Program-made: the position numbers and the translations under genes
Shown: piece by piece, positions 23,201-36,401 of the stretch
Position numbering within the stretch: the stretch's first letter is position 1
Layout of the letters: each line of letters begins with the position of its first letter
The notes under the pieces: generated by a model
The model's database searches: none
Seen by the model: the letters and a program-made list of their open reading frames with translations, nothing else
Told to the model about the DNA's origin: nothing
Assembly: GCA_036172245.1 (NCBI GenBank)
Contig: JAYWIR010000036.1
Coordinates: 186,001 to 250,000, forward strand
Reading direction: 5' to 3'
Length of the DNA stretch: 64,000 nucleotides
Origin: Raillietiella orientalis
Lineage: Eukaryota

Positions 23201-26200
23201 ATGTCACCGAGGCGATTCCTCGAATTCACCTTGGAAAACCAGCTATCTTGTTCTAGAATCTATTTTTTGAAAGCCCAGTCCAAAAAACAAAAAAAAGACA
23301 ATATACACGGTTTGAAGCTGCGTCAATGAAATGGCAAAATGGCGGAACAGCTGCAGTTTGACGAAGAGATAAGGACACATAATCGAAAGAACGACGCTAG
23401 CGATGCTGATGCATATCCACAACATCTTATCTCGGACCAAGCATTCGGAGTGCTGTAAATTGATGCAGCTACTGGTTAAAAAATGGGGGGGGGAGGAAAA
23501 ATTTGAAAAATCTTCAAAAGAAAGGGGGAAAAAAAAAGATGCTGGTTCCTCCACCACTTGCCGTGATCGATAGGGAAAAGAGAAACTTCCGAACGTGGAC
23601 GTAATAGGTGCCTTTTCTTCCAGCAAAGGGTGAAAGCGAACTGTGCTGGCGGGGAGAGGTCTCGGCACAAAGGCAGGCACTCTGTCCCGAGTTTGGTACA
23701 AGGAAACCCTGGAGGCATGCAAACGCTTTCAGAAGAGGCAAAGAAGAGTGGCATCGGAACGACAACAACGTCCTGGAGGCAACCAGATTTGAACCTTACG
23801 CGTCCCTGCACATCGCGACTGAAGATGGTACGTACAAAACTGCAGCGCCCGGAATCGTAGGAAAAGGCGCGCACAACCGGAGAGCGTTAAAGAAAACGGC
23901 GCCGTGCATGGAAATGGAAGCAGCACCGGTACTGCCCCCAGCTTGGCTGGTCAAACCACTAAATGTCCAGGACGCATGTGCCATGGATTTGACGCATATC
24001 GGAATACTCACCATCGAATACGACCGACAGGTAAAGGTCGATGGAGGGCACCAAGATAAGACTGCTCCAGCGTTAGAGAGCCGAGCACTCGATGGGAAAA
24101 GTTGGTTTGGGAACGACCTACGTGACGGAGGATCAATACGGACAGCTGGTGACATGGGGCTGAAACGGCACGGCGGGCCCCGAAACCTGCGCGTAAAACT
24201 TCTGCAGTTGAATGTTCCTAAAACTGGGAAGTCAAGTCGAACACCAAACACGGAAAACACCCCACCGAGCCAGTACGTGCGATGCAATCCTGGAATGCAC
24301 GTCTTTTTGCGCCCGATGGCCACTCTGCTCTCTCTTTGCTCTCTACGCAAACGGGGAAGCGGAAGTCTGCTCCCCCTATGATGCAGTTCACCCGCTCGAT
24401 GGAACACAGGGGCGCGCCTCGAAAGAATTATGGGAAAGCGATACGAGGAGAAAATTCTGTGAACAGAACCGCAAACCGGACCGACGACCACGACCAGCCC
24501 GAGAAGAGCTGCGGAGAAAGAGACCAGTCAAGTAAACAAACACGAAGAGGGCAAGCAGATGACCTCCTCCAACGCGATACAGCTTTCTTGCAACGGATGA
24601 TCACGGTTTTTCCCGAGCAGCCTTTCATCTCTACCTGCATCCCGGAAATCAACTCTTCTATGAAAGGGAGGGGGGGACGTTGGCACCAAACTCGTAGGCG
24701 TGCCAGGGCACTTTTACGGGTCTCGCGGTTCGACAACTACCCAACTCCCACCGGACAACAAGGCACCTGACCAGCCAGGTTCTGGGACATGCGAAGAACA
24801 CGTCGACGAGTGCCGACGTGTTCCTGAATTCACGAGGATGCACGAGAGGGAAGTTCGGCACGCTGTGCAGTCGACGAGACGCACACCCCAGACCGAAAGA
24901 CAAGGAAAAGACAAGGAAACCAAGGCAAAAGTCCCGAAAGGTGACCAGCCAGCCCACTGACTCGCTACTCGCGCGACCGGACCAAAGACTGAACACGTTT
25001 CGCCCGAGATGCACACGGACCGAGTTCGCGTGCCACCACCACCTCTCCTGAAAGCCTACACGGTGGCTGAACACACGCACGTGTGTGTGTGCGTGTGTGC
25101 ACAGCCTACATCATCCAGCACGTCCATGGGGGGGGGGGAAACCCACCTCGACTCCGAGTGCAGCAAGAAGGACGGATGCACTCCTTTCCTTCCCATTTCC
25201 TTTTCCTGAACGGTCCCGATTCTCATCAAGCTTTCACGTTGGGAATTGCCCGTGGAAGAAAAGGCGTTTATTGCCAGGGCAGAGGCACGGCTCGACTCCG
25301 TTAATTGAATCACGAACGCGCGGGGACCAACGTGCCCCGACGGAGAGCCCCACGATGATGCGACAAGGATTTATGAAGGATCGGTTCTCTTCCCGCCGAA
25401 ATCGTCCAGGAAACGCGACAGAGAATCACCACCGTGCACACCACCCCCGTCCGACCACGGGGATCGCGTGCTCCTGAAAAGATGACTCTTTTCATCTTGA
25501 GAGGAGCTGCAGCCACTATCCCATCAAGATAATCAAAAACCGCGGCAACCGGATTCGCGCGTTTGGGCTGAGTTACGGGATGCAGAAAGACGAGGGCGAG
25601 GAAGTTGTCAGCTGAGGGGTCATCGCCGAGCGGTGTAACAGAGAGAACGAAGGGCACAGCAGCTGCGATCGGGCACGAAAGTGTCGCCTGCGGGACTGGA
25701 ACGCAGTCCCAAGTTTGCTCAGCGCCACCGACCTCGCGTCAACGAAGCGCTCGCGCAAACATCTGCCTGTGATCCCTTCCCGAGACTTCCTTTCTCTCCT
25801 AAACACACACAGATCTCTGTCCACGTATGTATCTATTTATTTATTTACTTGTTTTCCTCTTCGTCTGTCCCCTTTCGTTGCGGACCTTGCCGGCCTGCGT
25901 ACCGGCATCTTGGCAAGTTCCGAGCACATTCGGACGCGCGGTGGGACAACAAAAAAAAAGTCCCACCACCGCCTTTTACGCGTGCTTGCTGTGCAAGCGG
26001 GTGGTAGGTCCACGCGAATGCCTGCAGTGAGTGACCGTCGGCGCCTGAAACCAACGAGACGATCCGCTTCCTCGAACGTTCTTTGTGTTCAGCGCTTCCG
26101 AGACCCCATTTGCAACGCCGCGATTTCCTCTTCCTTCGGAAGTGAGCGGCCGCGAGGTCAGGAGGCGGTGGTCCGCCACCCTGGAAGTGCGCGCCCGGAG

Positions 26201-29200
26201 GAACTTCTTCGTCGCCCTCTGCGGCGCACCGGAAGATGTCCTGCAGGACTGGACGCAGTGGTGGTCCCGGGTCGCTGCCGCCTGGCTTTCAGATCGGCAC
26301 GCTGCACTTCACGCCGATTTCCCGAAATTTCGCGAACCACCGCTGGCTGGATGCAAGAGCAAACGAGCGTCGAGACGATCCAACCTCCCACCATCGCTCC
26401 CATCAGCTGTTGGAAAAATTCAGACTCTTAACAAGGGAGTCAACAGCCAGATAATTTCATCGAGCCTCCCGTGAACTCTTTCGGATTCCTCTTTTCAACA
26501 ACGGTCTGTGTTTACATGATTCTCCGCGTGAGACCAACATCAAAGGGTCGTCAAGTAAAAGAAAAAAACGAGGCATACGAACCGGGATTCACCGACTTCT
26601 CAGAGTCCGTAAGCGTCTTCCCCCACATCGTGGCAAGCAGCGCAGATGGAACGCCCAAGGGACCGAGTCGAGCTGTCCTGACACACGCAGGCTGCACGTG
26701 CGTTCGGAAGCTTCGTGTGCATTCGTCCAGAAGCCCTCGAAATGTGCACACGTGCTGCTCTTCCGACAGCCGCTCGAACACGGAGCGGAACGGTCCGGCG
26801 AAACGGTTGCCTCCGTCACGCAGGCACTCGAACAGAACGCCACGCCGGAAGACACCCCGTCCGCCTCCCGGAAGTTGGGCCGCAGCCCGGTACACCTTCA
26901 AAGTTTGCACGGGAATCGCGCGGAGAGGGTGTCCGCCGCCACTTGGGAGATCATTCAGAACAGCAATCTCGAGACGCGGAGAACCACTACGTGAGCCGAC
27001 TCTTGGAGTACCCGGGACAAAAGGATAAATGGGCGCCAGCCGCCTCCGGAGAAATCCCAACGCACTCCTCCCGACGCAGGAGCATGGAACACGGTCGCGA
27101 ATCTGAGGTCATTTCCGCTTTGCGCACCCCTAGGATGGCCAAAGCCCACCTTGGGACTGAGGCCACCTCGGACTACTCGGCAACTCGTTCCGCACCGGAA
27201 GAAGAAGAAAATGATGAAAATCATCGTTCGAAAGCACGCGGCCACAAGTCGACCCGCCTGGGGGGGGAGCGCGTCCGACTTGCCACCCCGCACGCAGTAC
27301 GCGTGAAACGAAAGAGGACGCTGCCTTTGCCAAATTCTGGTCACTCGACTGTGTTTCCACACATCCAAAGGTATCAACAGATTCCCACAAGAGCGATCCA
27401 CTCATTTGGCTGGAGGACTGTCCACAAACGCGAGGCAAGCGGAAGGCAACAGGAGAAAGGATCCTCAAAAAAGTCCTTCCCGCGTTTCTTGTCAGTTCCA
27501 TAAAAACCCACGAGACTGGAAAATACCAGAAGCGAAAATTCAGGTCCGCAGTTTCCGGCTCCAGTAGTGGTTAGATGAGAAAGAAAGAAAGGTTTCTTCT
27601 TCACCTAACCACTACGTGGACTAACGACGACTTGCGTACGCGACAAATTTCGCCCGCAACAGCACGCACCGATGGCCGCTCAAGAAACGCTGCGGACCGA
27701 ACGGACTGCGGATTTGCGAGAGGATCCGCGTGGGGAGGAGAAAATGGATGGTCTCTTCCCCCCCCCCCCTCTCTCCCCCCCGCGCGCTCGCTCGCTCGCT
27801 CCGTCGAACGCAACCCCGCGCGCCGCGAACTGCACCAAAACCCGCGGCGAATCCGAGCGCTTCCCACTTGACAGGGCGCATTTGTTCGCCAAACCGCGTC
27901 CATTCTTCCCGGAGAGGGAGCCAGCCAGCCAGCCTCCTCCTTCCAAGAGATCGGCAGCGCGGATCCACGTGTGCGATCTCCGAAACACGCATTCCCGGTA
28001 GATAATCGCCGTGTGAGGGGTGTGATGTTGTTTCCTGGACGCCAGACGTTATCTGGAAACCGAGGCGCACTGTTCGTCCCTATCGCTTCACCCACGCCGA
28101 ATGCGTGCGTTTCTGACGATGCAGTGATAAACGGAGACCGAAGCGGCAACTTCGCGTTGGCAAACTCCGCGCATCTTCCGTTAACTCCGCGTCCGCCAAA
28201 TAAACGAGGTCAAATGAGGTTGACAAACCAAGGAGGTTCCGACGGTTCGACGGCGCAACCGAAGATGGGCGCCGCCGAATTCGAAGACGGAGAGGCCGCC
28301 TGCATCGTTCTCGCGTGATCGCACGCGCGCGCGGCCGGCGAAGACGCCCCCGGCGCATGGCAGCCGCGCGAAGCGAGCGGGCACCAGCCGGCACCCGGCG
28401 ACGGAGGTCCCCCCCCCCCCCGTGAGGCCGAGCTGCCACCGCTTCCCGTCGGCAGAAAACTCGACAGCAGCTGGAAGACGCACCAGCAAGCAGGCCCAAG
28501 GATACGCCGCTCGCCGAGCGAAAGCACAGCCTGCGGGCCTTTTCCCAAACGCCCCCCGCTACCACCGCCGTCCTCTCGAGGCAGGACGGGGAGGGAGGGG
28601 GGGAGAGAAGTCACTCGAAATGCAGCTGCGGCACGCTTCCGACGGGACGAGGTCGGCGGAGTCAGGCAAGGGTCAGAACCCCAGGCACGAAATTCCACAG
28701 GGGACTTGCGACCGCCTAAAGTGATCCCGGAGCCAAACAGTCGCCGCCAGTCCTCTCGCTTCGGAGCGCGGTCTCGGAAGGACCAGGCCCCGCGTACGTC
28801 GTTCATCCTCTCTCCAGACCGGGTTTTCATCGATCACGATTCGGGGGCCGGAGATCACGGAGGGAGAGACAACCGCAGAAACTGCCACATCTACGCGCCC
28901 AGCTGTCCGGAGGGGGAAGGGGGGAGGATTCCCTGCTCAGACGAATGGGTGAGGAGGAGGCACGCCTCTCGCGACCCACGTGCGGCTTCCTCAGTGCCAG
29001 GGTGCGGAGACGCGGAGGAAAAGGAAAGAAAGAAAGAAAGAAAACGATTCTGTCCCGAGGACGCTTGCGCTGTCGCTTTAAAAAATGAGATGCGCCAAGC
29101 TGAAACGGATTCCGCGGGTGTTCCGCACCAGCGACCGACGAAACGGGAACTTTCTCGAACGAACAATCCTTCGTTCCCGCGAGACTCGGCCATCTTTATG

Positions 29201-30253
29201 GCGATCGCTGCCAGGACGCCCCCACGCGGGCACAAGTTGGGCGAACGCGCGATCCGAGGCCATGGTGACCCCAAGGGCAGCAGTAGCAGCCGTGAAAACA
29301 ATTCCGACGCGGAATGAAGCTTCACGCTTTCCATCAACCAAAGCTAACAGCGTGCATAAACGTGCCTAAGAGGAAACACAGAGAACGAATAGGTGTGCCG
29401 CGCGACCACCCAAATCGAACACAGACTCTCCCCCGCCTTGGAAGCGTCCACATGACTCGGGATGGAGGCGGCTTCCGAATGAGAGGAGACAGCATGGGCA
29501 GGCGACCATCGAAGACCGCGAGGTAAAAGAAACGGGGGGCTGAGCGACCGTCGAAGAAGCGTCGCGGAAAATGAGGAACGAAGGTCAACAAAATAGGGAA
29601 CAGGCGCACGGAAAGTTCACGGGATTTCCAGTCGTCCAGCCGTGCATCCCTGAGGTTCGAAGAGACACGGTTCACCCCCTTCCCACCCCGTCTCCCTCGT
29701 TGTGGACTGCACGCATCAGTGAATAGGCGTCTTGGGGAACACACGACTTCGAACACGAGGAGCACGAGATCACGAGATGGACGAGCGATAGCTGGAAGCC
29801 GTGCTCATCCCTGAGAGGGCGCGCTTTGCTGGGATGCTGCAAATCACATCTTCAAGAACGCGTCAAGAAAAAATCCATCCCGCATTCCCCCCTCCTCCGC
29901 CTAGCAAGGTGCCCCATAAACAAATGGAGCAGGAGGACCAGCGGTTTGAAGGGCCGAGGTGCAACGTAAAAGACACGGCAGCGAGAATCGAAAATTATCG
30001 ATTTATCTGCTGGGAAACCAAAGTTCGCCTCCATGACCAACATGACTGCGAAAGAACCGAAACGTATCATAAAAAAAAAAGGAAAAGGAGAGAACGCTTC
30101 GCAACACATCAATACCCAAAGCGCCCGAACGAGGTCACAAATTAACGGGTTGGAGGGCTCCTTTAGCGCCTGTGACTCGAATGTCATTAATAAACTTCGC
30201 CTGGTCCTGACCGTCCCGACTCTTTGCAGAGAGACTCTGCAGAGAGTGCAGGC

Positions 30254-30299
<46 letters not shown>

Positions 30300-31899
30300 C
30301 CGAAGACCTTCTGGGAGGAACTGATTGCACACGCAGTGTTCAGAAAATTCCACACGCAGCCCATTACCGGTACAGCGAGAGATAACCGACGACCTTTCCA
30401 TTCGATCGGCTCGCGTGCATATTTATGCAATTCCAGAGAGCCTTCGCTTTGGAGGTCAAGGATGGCAAACGCAACCCTTGCCCTCCAAACTGGGCAGAAG
30501 GTTGCCAGGACAGTTTGGTCGTCTAGCAGAACAAAGCGACGCGGCGGCAGTAGGCGACAGGAAGACTTCTTGTCGGAAGTCAGCTCCGAGGGCGCGGGTG
30601 AAACCACCATTTTTCCTCTTCGCGGTTTCGCGCCAGAGCTGTCACAACAGCTCTGCTCTTTGCCGTCTCTGCAAAGAACGCCTCGATAATTCTCCCTTCG
30701 GACTGCACCCTCTCCTCCCTGTGCGTTCCCACGCGACCTTCCTCGCACGCTCGTGCGCACCGCGAACGACGCACACGCAAAAGAGGAGTTGATGGCGGCG
30801 TCCCTGCGCCCACAGGCGTCGGACAGGTCTTCGGTCCTTTTCCGGTTCGCGTGCACCGCAGAAGGCGGATGCGGAGTGATTCTTCGGCAAAAGAGCACAG
30901 CAGGCGTGCTGCGGATGCTGCGGACCCGCGCAGCTCGGGAAAACGCCCCACCGCAAGAAAATGCAAGCCGGCCCGAGGCGGCACGAAGAAACCACCAAAT
31001 TGCAACACGCTGAACAAACAAAAGAAGAAGAAGAAAGGGAACGCGTGCGCGCAGCATCCACCTCGGAATGCTTGGCGCCCCGGCGTCAGGCAAGACTGGC
31101 GCATGGCGAAGCTGCTGGCGCACCTTCCGACTGACCTTGGTCCCACCCGAGTTGGATTCGGTTGCGAACGGGTGAGCTGCAAATTGCTGCGACCCGACGC
31201 AGGGATTCGGCCGTTCCGAACAAAAGGGGAGAGGGGATATCCAGTTGCCGGGACTCTGCCGGTAATAGAAAAACAACGAGCAGCCGTGCAATAAAAGGAA
31301 AAGCAATTACGCCACGTGACCTTTATGTCCTTTATTTATTTATTTTATTCCTTCCCCCCCGCCTCCCTTTTTGCAGAACATGCAGATTAATGAAGCTTAA
31401 ACGAGAAAGCATCAGGGATCTCTACATAACGGAAGAACGCTGATTTTTCTGCCTGCAAAACGTTCCCGAAAAAACAATGGGAAGAAACGCTTCCCCTTCA
31501 CTTCCTTTCAGATGGCTGCATGCACCGGAAGGAAGGAAGAAAAAACGTTTTAAAGTAAAAAAAACCAAAGAAAAAAAAAAAAAAAAAGGAACTGGAAAAC
31601 CAAAAAAAAAAAAAAAACAAAATCTCGCATGGCCGGAAGACAAACACAACGCCACGCGGGCCAACGGCGATTTTGAAACGCCGCTGCGGCAGAGAGCAGA
31701 ACGCGGGTCAAACCGCGGTGTTGGTGTTGGAAGAAGAAGAAGAAAAAAGAAAACGAAGGCAGCCGAAAGTCGCGATCTCGGACAAGGTCGGTGGCGCCGC
31801 GGAGCAAGCGAACGAGAGAGAGGAAACAGTCTTACCCAAAGCTGAGGATGCTGTGGACATCAATCCCAGGAACAGCAGCAGCAGCACTGTTATGCGCAT
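17268..31899 (-). CDS. Latrophilin/Cirl-like adhesion GPCR (ADGRL family, invertebrate type without olfactomedin domain), about 1050 aa
   Basis: Phase-consistent GT-AG exons in transcript order: 31836-31899 (signal peptide); 22636-22828 (RBL lectin YACEG...[26 protein letters not shown]); either 21310-21416 or 20642-20748 (DPCPGT.KY); 20207-20527 (S/T-rich linker); 19918-20138 (HRM, W.WT...[15 protein letters not shown]); 19504-19867 and 19090-19426 (GAIN, ...CVYWD); 18637-19022 (GPS plus TM1-3); 18371-18579 (TM4-5, CWL); 18085-18324 (TM5-7); 17774-18022 and 17268-17729 (tail with [22 protein letters not shown], ending in a class I PDZ-type motif TQI). The total is 3153 nt, divisible by 3. 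Confidence 0.93.
20642..20748 (-). CDS. Latrophilin lectin-domain alternative exon B (107 nt)
   Basis: cag|A TGT AGC ... ATT TCA G|gtattg encodes (R)[35 protein letters not shown], phase 2 to phase 1. Confidence 0.88.
21310..21416 (-). CDS. Latrophilin lectin-domain alternative exon A (107 nt)
   Basis: cag|A TGT GGA ... ATC ATA G|gttggt encodes (R)[35 protein letters not shown], phase 2 to phase 1. Confidence 0.88.
27560..27620 (-). ncRNA. Pre-miRNA-sized hairpin in latrophilin intron 1 (candidate only)
   Basis: A 61-nt fold-back with an approximately 27-bp stem. On the minus strand it has one bulged C, one A-C mismatch and two G-U pairs. It matches no miRNA family I recognise. Confidence 0.35.
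30258..30298. repeat. (AC)n microsatellite
   Basis: About 20 AC units read directly. Confidence 0.92.
31836..31899 (-). CDS. Latrophilin first coding exon (signal peptide)
   Basis: ATG at 31899 reads [21 protein letters not shown], then G|gtaaga (phase 1), which joins the phase-1 lectin exon at 22828 (G|AT = Asp). A polypyrimidine tract and AG acceptor lie just upstream (exon start 31929). Confidence 0.75.
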
Positions 31900-32666
31900 T
31901 TGTTGCAGCTCACTGATGCATCGGAGAATCTTGTGGGAACAAAAAGAAGAAAAAAATCGTGAATCAGTAGGATTCATGGAGCGTGCTGCAAGAATCTTCA
32001 TCATTTCAGAATGAGGAGCGATTACGGTAATTGAAGCGAGCAGCCAATCATCGCGCCGGCACCATTTGCAAGCGGATCGTGTCACACGAGAGATGATATC
32101 GCGACGGACGGAATCCATTAATGGCCGCAGCAGCAGCAGCAGCGCGGCAAGCAGGAGCGGACGTGGTATGGACGACGATGCGGAATGGTAGGAGGCAGGC
32201 TGGCAAAGAGGAAAGTCCGAAGGCGAAGACACTCGCGCGTGCGCACAGCCGCCACCGGCAGCAGCACCACCGCCCGCTCGGAAAGAAAAGACGGAGAAGA
32301 AGAAGAAGAAGAAACCGGCAGCATCCGCCGTCCCGCTGATCCCCGGCCGGAGCGAGCGGCTGCTACTGCGACCTGCCTGCCTTGCGCTTCCGTGAACTCG
32401 CAAGCCACGCATCGTCCGTGGCGAATCGTTGCCGTGCCAGCAGGGGGGGAGGGGGGCGGGGGGGGAGGACTGACTGCGGCGTTTCGGCGAAACGCAGCCG
32501 CAATCTCGAAAGCCTTCCGCCGATGACGACGTGGTAATCACGGCGGAGGGCCTCCCTGGAACGGGAAGACGGCGCCGAGCTCACCAACGACAGCCACCTG
32601 CCAAAGCAACACGCCCGGCCTCCTCGAGGCTGGCAGGCCGAAAGCAGGTTGGACCGGGCGCGCGCT

Positions 32667-32750
32667 GGAAGGGGGGGAAACTCTTCCAGGCTGACGCGCG
32701 CAGCTCCGGGAAGGGGAGAAACTCTTCCGGACTGACGCGCGCAGCTCCGG
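32667..32750. repeat. Near-perfect tandem duplication of about 42 bp
   Basis: ggaagggggggaaactcttccaggctgacgcgcgcagctccg is followed by ggaaggggagaaactcttccggactgacgcgcgcagctccgg. Confidence 0.85.
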
Positions 32751-35410
32751 TGGGAAGCGCAGCGAGCGTTTCCGCGCGCGAGCCGGAGAGGGAGTTCGGC
32801 GGGCGGCAGCAGCACGCGATCGCGCGAAACAGCGCCGAGGAAAGACCCTCCTGCCGCGAGGGGGCGGGAGAGCCCCTGAAGAGTCGGAAACACTGCACAC
32901 GCCGGATTACTCCCGAACACCCAAACACGGGCACGGGATCCATTCCCACTTAACTCTTTTCGGCCTACGCGCCGGAACAGACAAATTACTCCCGGCACAT
33001 CCCGGCGCGGCTCCCGGACCAAACAGCGCCTCGGACGCTGCTCGATACGGGGAAAACAACCGCCGGAATCATTCGAAAGATGACAGCCATCGTTTTTGGA
33101 TGGAAGATTTTTCCACGGGCTCTTGCAGGAAAACAAAAACGGAAGAAAAATCAGTTAAAAATAGCGCTTCTCTCGAAACCGTCACAATACGACTATTTTT
33201 CGCTCTCCCCCGAGAAGTGGGCTGCTCGAAAAAACGAGTTTTGATGACAAGCCTGGATGCTGGGATTCCAGCAAGGGGGAGGGAGGATTCGGAAGGGAAA
33301 CACAATGGCGGCGCGGGTCCGCGCTGCTTAATAATTCATGCTGGGAGCGCCAGGAAGCGGCGGTCGGCGCACGGGAGCGAAAGGCACGCACCGTTTGATG
33401 ATCCCGGAGGCCGAAACGCCGCCGCGGATCCTCCCGAAAACACGACGCGGAAAGACCACGGGATCCGAAAATTTCCGGGAGTCCTCGGAGCGACGGGAGT
33501 TCGCTCCGAGGCGCCCCGACCTCCCCCGGTGACTCTCCCCAGCTGCGACACGCGAAATGTTCCAAAACAGGTTGGCGAAGCTCCTACGACTTAATGGTCC
33601 GTTCGACGCGTTCGTCATTCCCAACGCTCCACACAGCATGATGGATGATCTTTTAGTGATCCATTATCATCATCATTTTTTTTTTCTTCCTCTTTAATAG
33701 GCATTGTTTTTCCCAAGCACCTTGAGGATAGCTCGTCGGCCGGCCGGCCGGCCTTCCTGGGTCCCCCAAATCTAGGATTCTTCCCGTCACACCAGCACAT
33801 TTTTTTTCCTATGTATGTATGTATGCATTGCCTCTTCCACGGGGCGTGGTTTCCTCTTGATGTGTAAAGGACATCATTTCTTCACCTGGCACGAAGTACC
33901 GTTGACGCCTCACAGATGGCTCCACAAGTTTTCGGAAACTTTCGCCGCCGGCACGCACTCCTCCTGCCTGGCTGGCAGCCCCCGCTGCGTACGGCTGTCG
34001 CTGCCAGCGTGCCGCGCGGAACACGAACACGGCTACCAACGACACGGATCCCCCCCCTCCCTTCTCCCCCCCCTCGTCTCACACCGACGATCACCCGGCG
34101 AGCCGGGGGGGATGCGAAGCAGCCCTTCGCCAGGGACGTGCCGCCGCCGTTTGCTGGAGCGATCTTCGTAGCTTCCCGAGAACTCCCACTACTCGGCTAC
34201 CGATTTTTCCGCAATGAATTCTGGATGGATTCGGGCGCGATCCGGGAAGGGGTAAGAATAGAAAGAGATAACCGGGAATGAACTCGCGAGCAAAGAAAGC
34301 TTGCATGAACGTGGAACACATTAACGTGCTACCAAAGCGCCTGGAATGCCTAATGAAGGCTCCTCCAGCGCTGAAGATAAATAAGAAGACGAATTTGAGA
34401 ACAACTTTTTGCAAACCCATTACTGCCTCGGATTAAATGAGTGATTGAACTTGTGATGGACTGGAATATCCTTCCGTTTCGTGACGAACAGGAGCAGGCG
34501 ACGCTCTATTCCTCCGCTCGTTCGACGTTTTTGTCGGAAGAAACAATTAACCAGGGCGTTGTTGAAACCCAAGTGGTTGCGGAGGACCCCCCCCCCCCCA
34601 ATGCACGTTTGGTACATTAAAAGAAAAAGCAAAGAAAATTGAACCACATGTTTTTCTGGCAGATCCAATCATGAGTGTGACTCTTTCATTAGAATGCATG
34701 AAAACATGATAGGGTCAAACGGCTCGAGATCCACGCTGGGAAACGTGACCTTTTTCAAACTCTCCGCGAGGCCAAAGTGTGAAGGGAAAAAGAACCGTTC
34801 TGCCTGAATCTGGGCGAACAGATAAGATAACCATGATACAGCACGTTGGCTAATGGTGGGGAGGGGGAGGACAATGGGTCCTGCAACAGGAAACGAGTCA
34901 CGAAGGAACTTCGAGCAAGCATACCGCGACGATCTCGCCCAGAAGCCCAAGTCGACTCCACCGTCACCAACATCAAACAAAAGAATACGTTCCGGGCGAG
35001 CGATGGAGCGCCACCACCCCGTGCACGCGCAATCCGTGAGACGAGGCGCTCTTCCTCGAACTTCCTCCGCTCGCTTACACCAAGGTTGTCAGGAATGGCA
35101 GCCTTGGCGAGTGAGCTTCCACGAGGACAAGACGGGAATCGGCTCCCCTCCCTCCCCTCCCGTGAAAGCCACGGCACACACCGGCCTTCCCTTCTGCTTG
35201 TGGACGCCCAAGTTCCTTGGACGTCATGCAGCCCAAGAGCCACTCGGTCCGCATCCCTATGGCTCTCTGCAACCGCACCGGTCGCCGTAAAGACGACCGA
35301 AGCGTTTCGAAGACGGCCGGGCGCCAAAAGGCCTCGGGACGACAGCCACCTACCCATGGTCGTCGCGGTGACACCAAGCGCAATGTGAGGTGTGCAGAAA
35401 AAAACGCTAG

Positions 35411-35429
35411 CACCACCACCACCACCACC

Positions 35430-35497
<68 letters not shown>

Positions 35498-35504
35498 CAC
35501 TACT
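35411..35504. repeat. Compound microsatellite (CAC)n(TAC)n
   Basis: About 31 trinucleotide units read directly. It produces the poly-Thr and poly-Val stretches in the ORF track. Confidence 0.93.
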
Positions 35505-36368
35505 GCCCCTAGTTGGAACTCATTTCTGTCAAGACAAGCGACCGGACGGCCGCCGCTGAGCATCTTTTCCCTCGAGGTTCTTCGCTGCCATCAGAGCTCG
35601 CAACGCAGAAAGAACGATGCGCTAAAAGGGAAGGAGAACCGAAAGAGGGGGGATGGCACTAAAAAAGAGCGTGGAACCGATTTCCCTTCCACTTCGGACG
35701 CAATTTCGTGCACTTCGACAGAACCGGGGAAGTCGGAATCATCAGGGTGATTAACAAGAGGTGCGAACACAAACGCTGGATTCACCTTGGAGATTCACAC
35801 TTTGAGAGAAATCCGGAATTTTTATTGCCGGCGATAAATCAAAAGAGGAACGTGAAAAATCGTCCGGAACCTGCCCGCGCCGTGCTCACAGGCGAAAATC
35901 GCGCGCGTTGCCATGGCACCCGGCAAGCCGGCAGCGTCGTCCAAGCAACGCGCCTGCCGCGTGGCATTGTTGCGGGGAGGCGCGGGCGGCGGCGGACGAG
36001 GAGGCTGCAACCGCCGAAGACCGCGCGGGCGGCAGGCACGGAACGGTATTGTTGCACTTCGGAGCCGTTGCCTTGGCGAGGATCTCCTCCGGAGCGTGTT
36101 TTGAATCACGAAGCGGATCTACAGAAAGGACTTCTTGCGATCGAGTGCCCCGCGCGGGCGTTCCCGAGGGAGGGGCGGGGGGGGGGGGGCAAAGCCCTTG
36201 CGAAAGCTCCCTCCGCGTTGAAGTCGCGGAAAAGACAGTTTCGCAAAGAGCGGCTGGCAAGACGACGGTACTTCTCCGCACTCCCTGCCTGGGCGGGCGG
36301 CGGGAGTGATGGAGACAGAAAGCTCGCATCCATTGCTACTCGCCCAACTGCGGAACGCTCCGCATTTC

Positions 36369-36401
<33 letters not shown>

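Noticed and set aside
23608..24491. Overlapping 257-aa (+) and 231-aa (-) ORFs inside latrophilin intron 1
   Set aside because: Neither has recognisable motifs. The minus-strand splice signals fit a non-coding or start-codon exon better than a nested gene.
26440..26640. Minus-strand fragments [10 protein letters not shown] and [12 protein letters not shown] faintly like a mariner C-terminus
   Set aside because: They are too short, lie in different frames, and have no catalytic motifs nearby.
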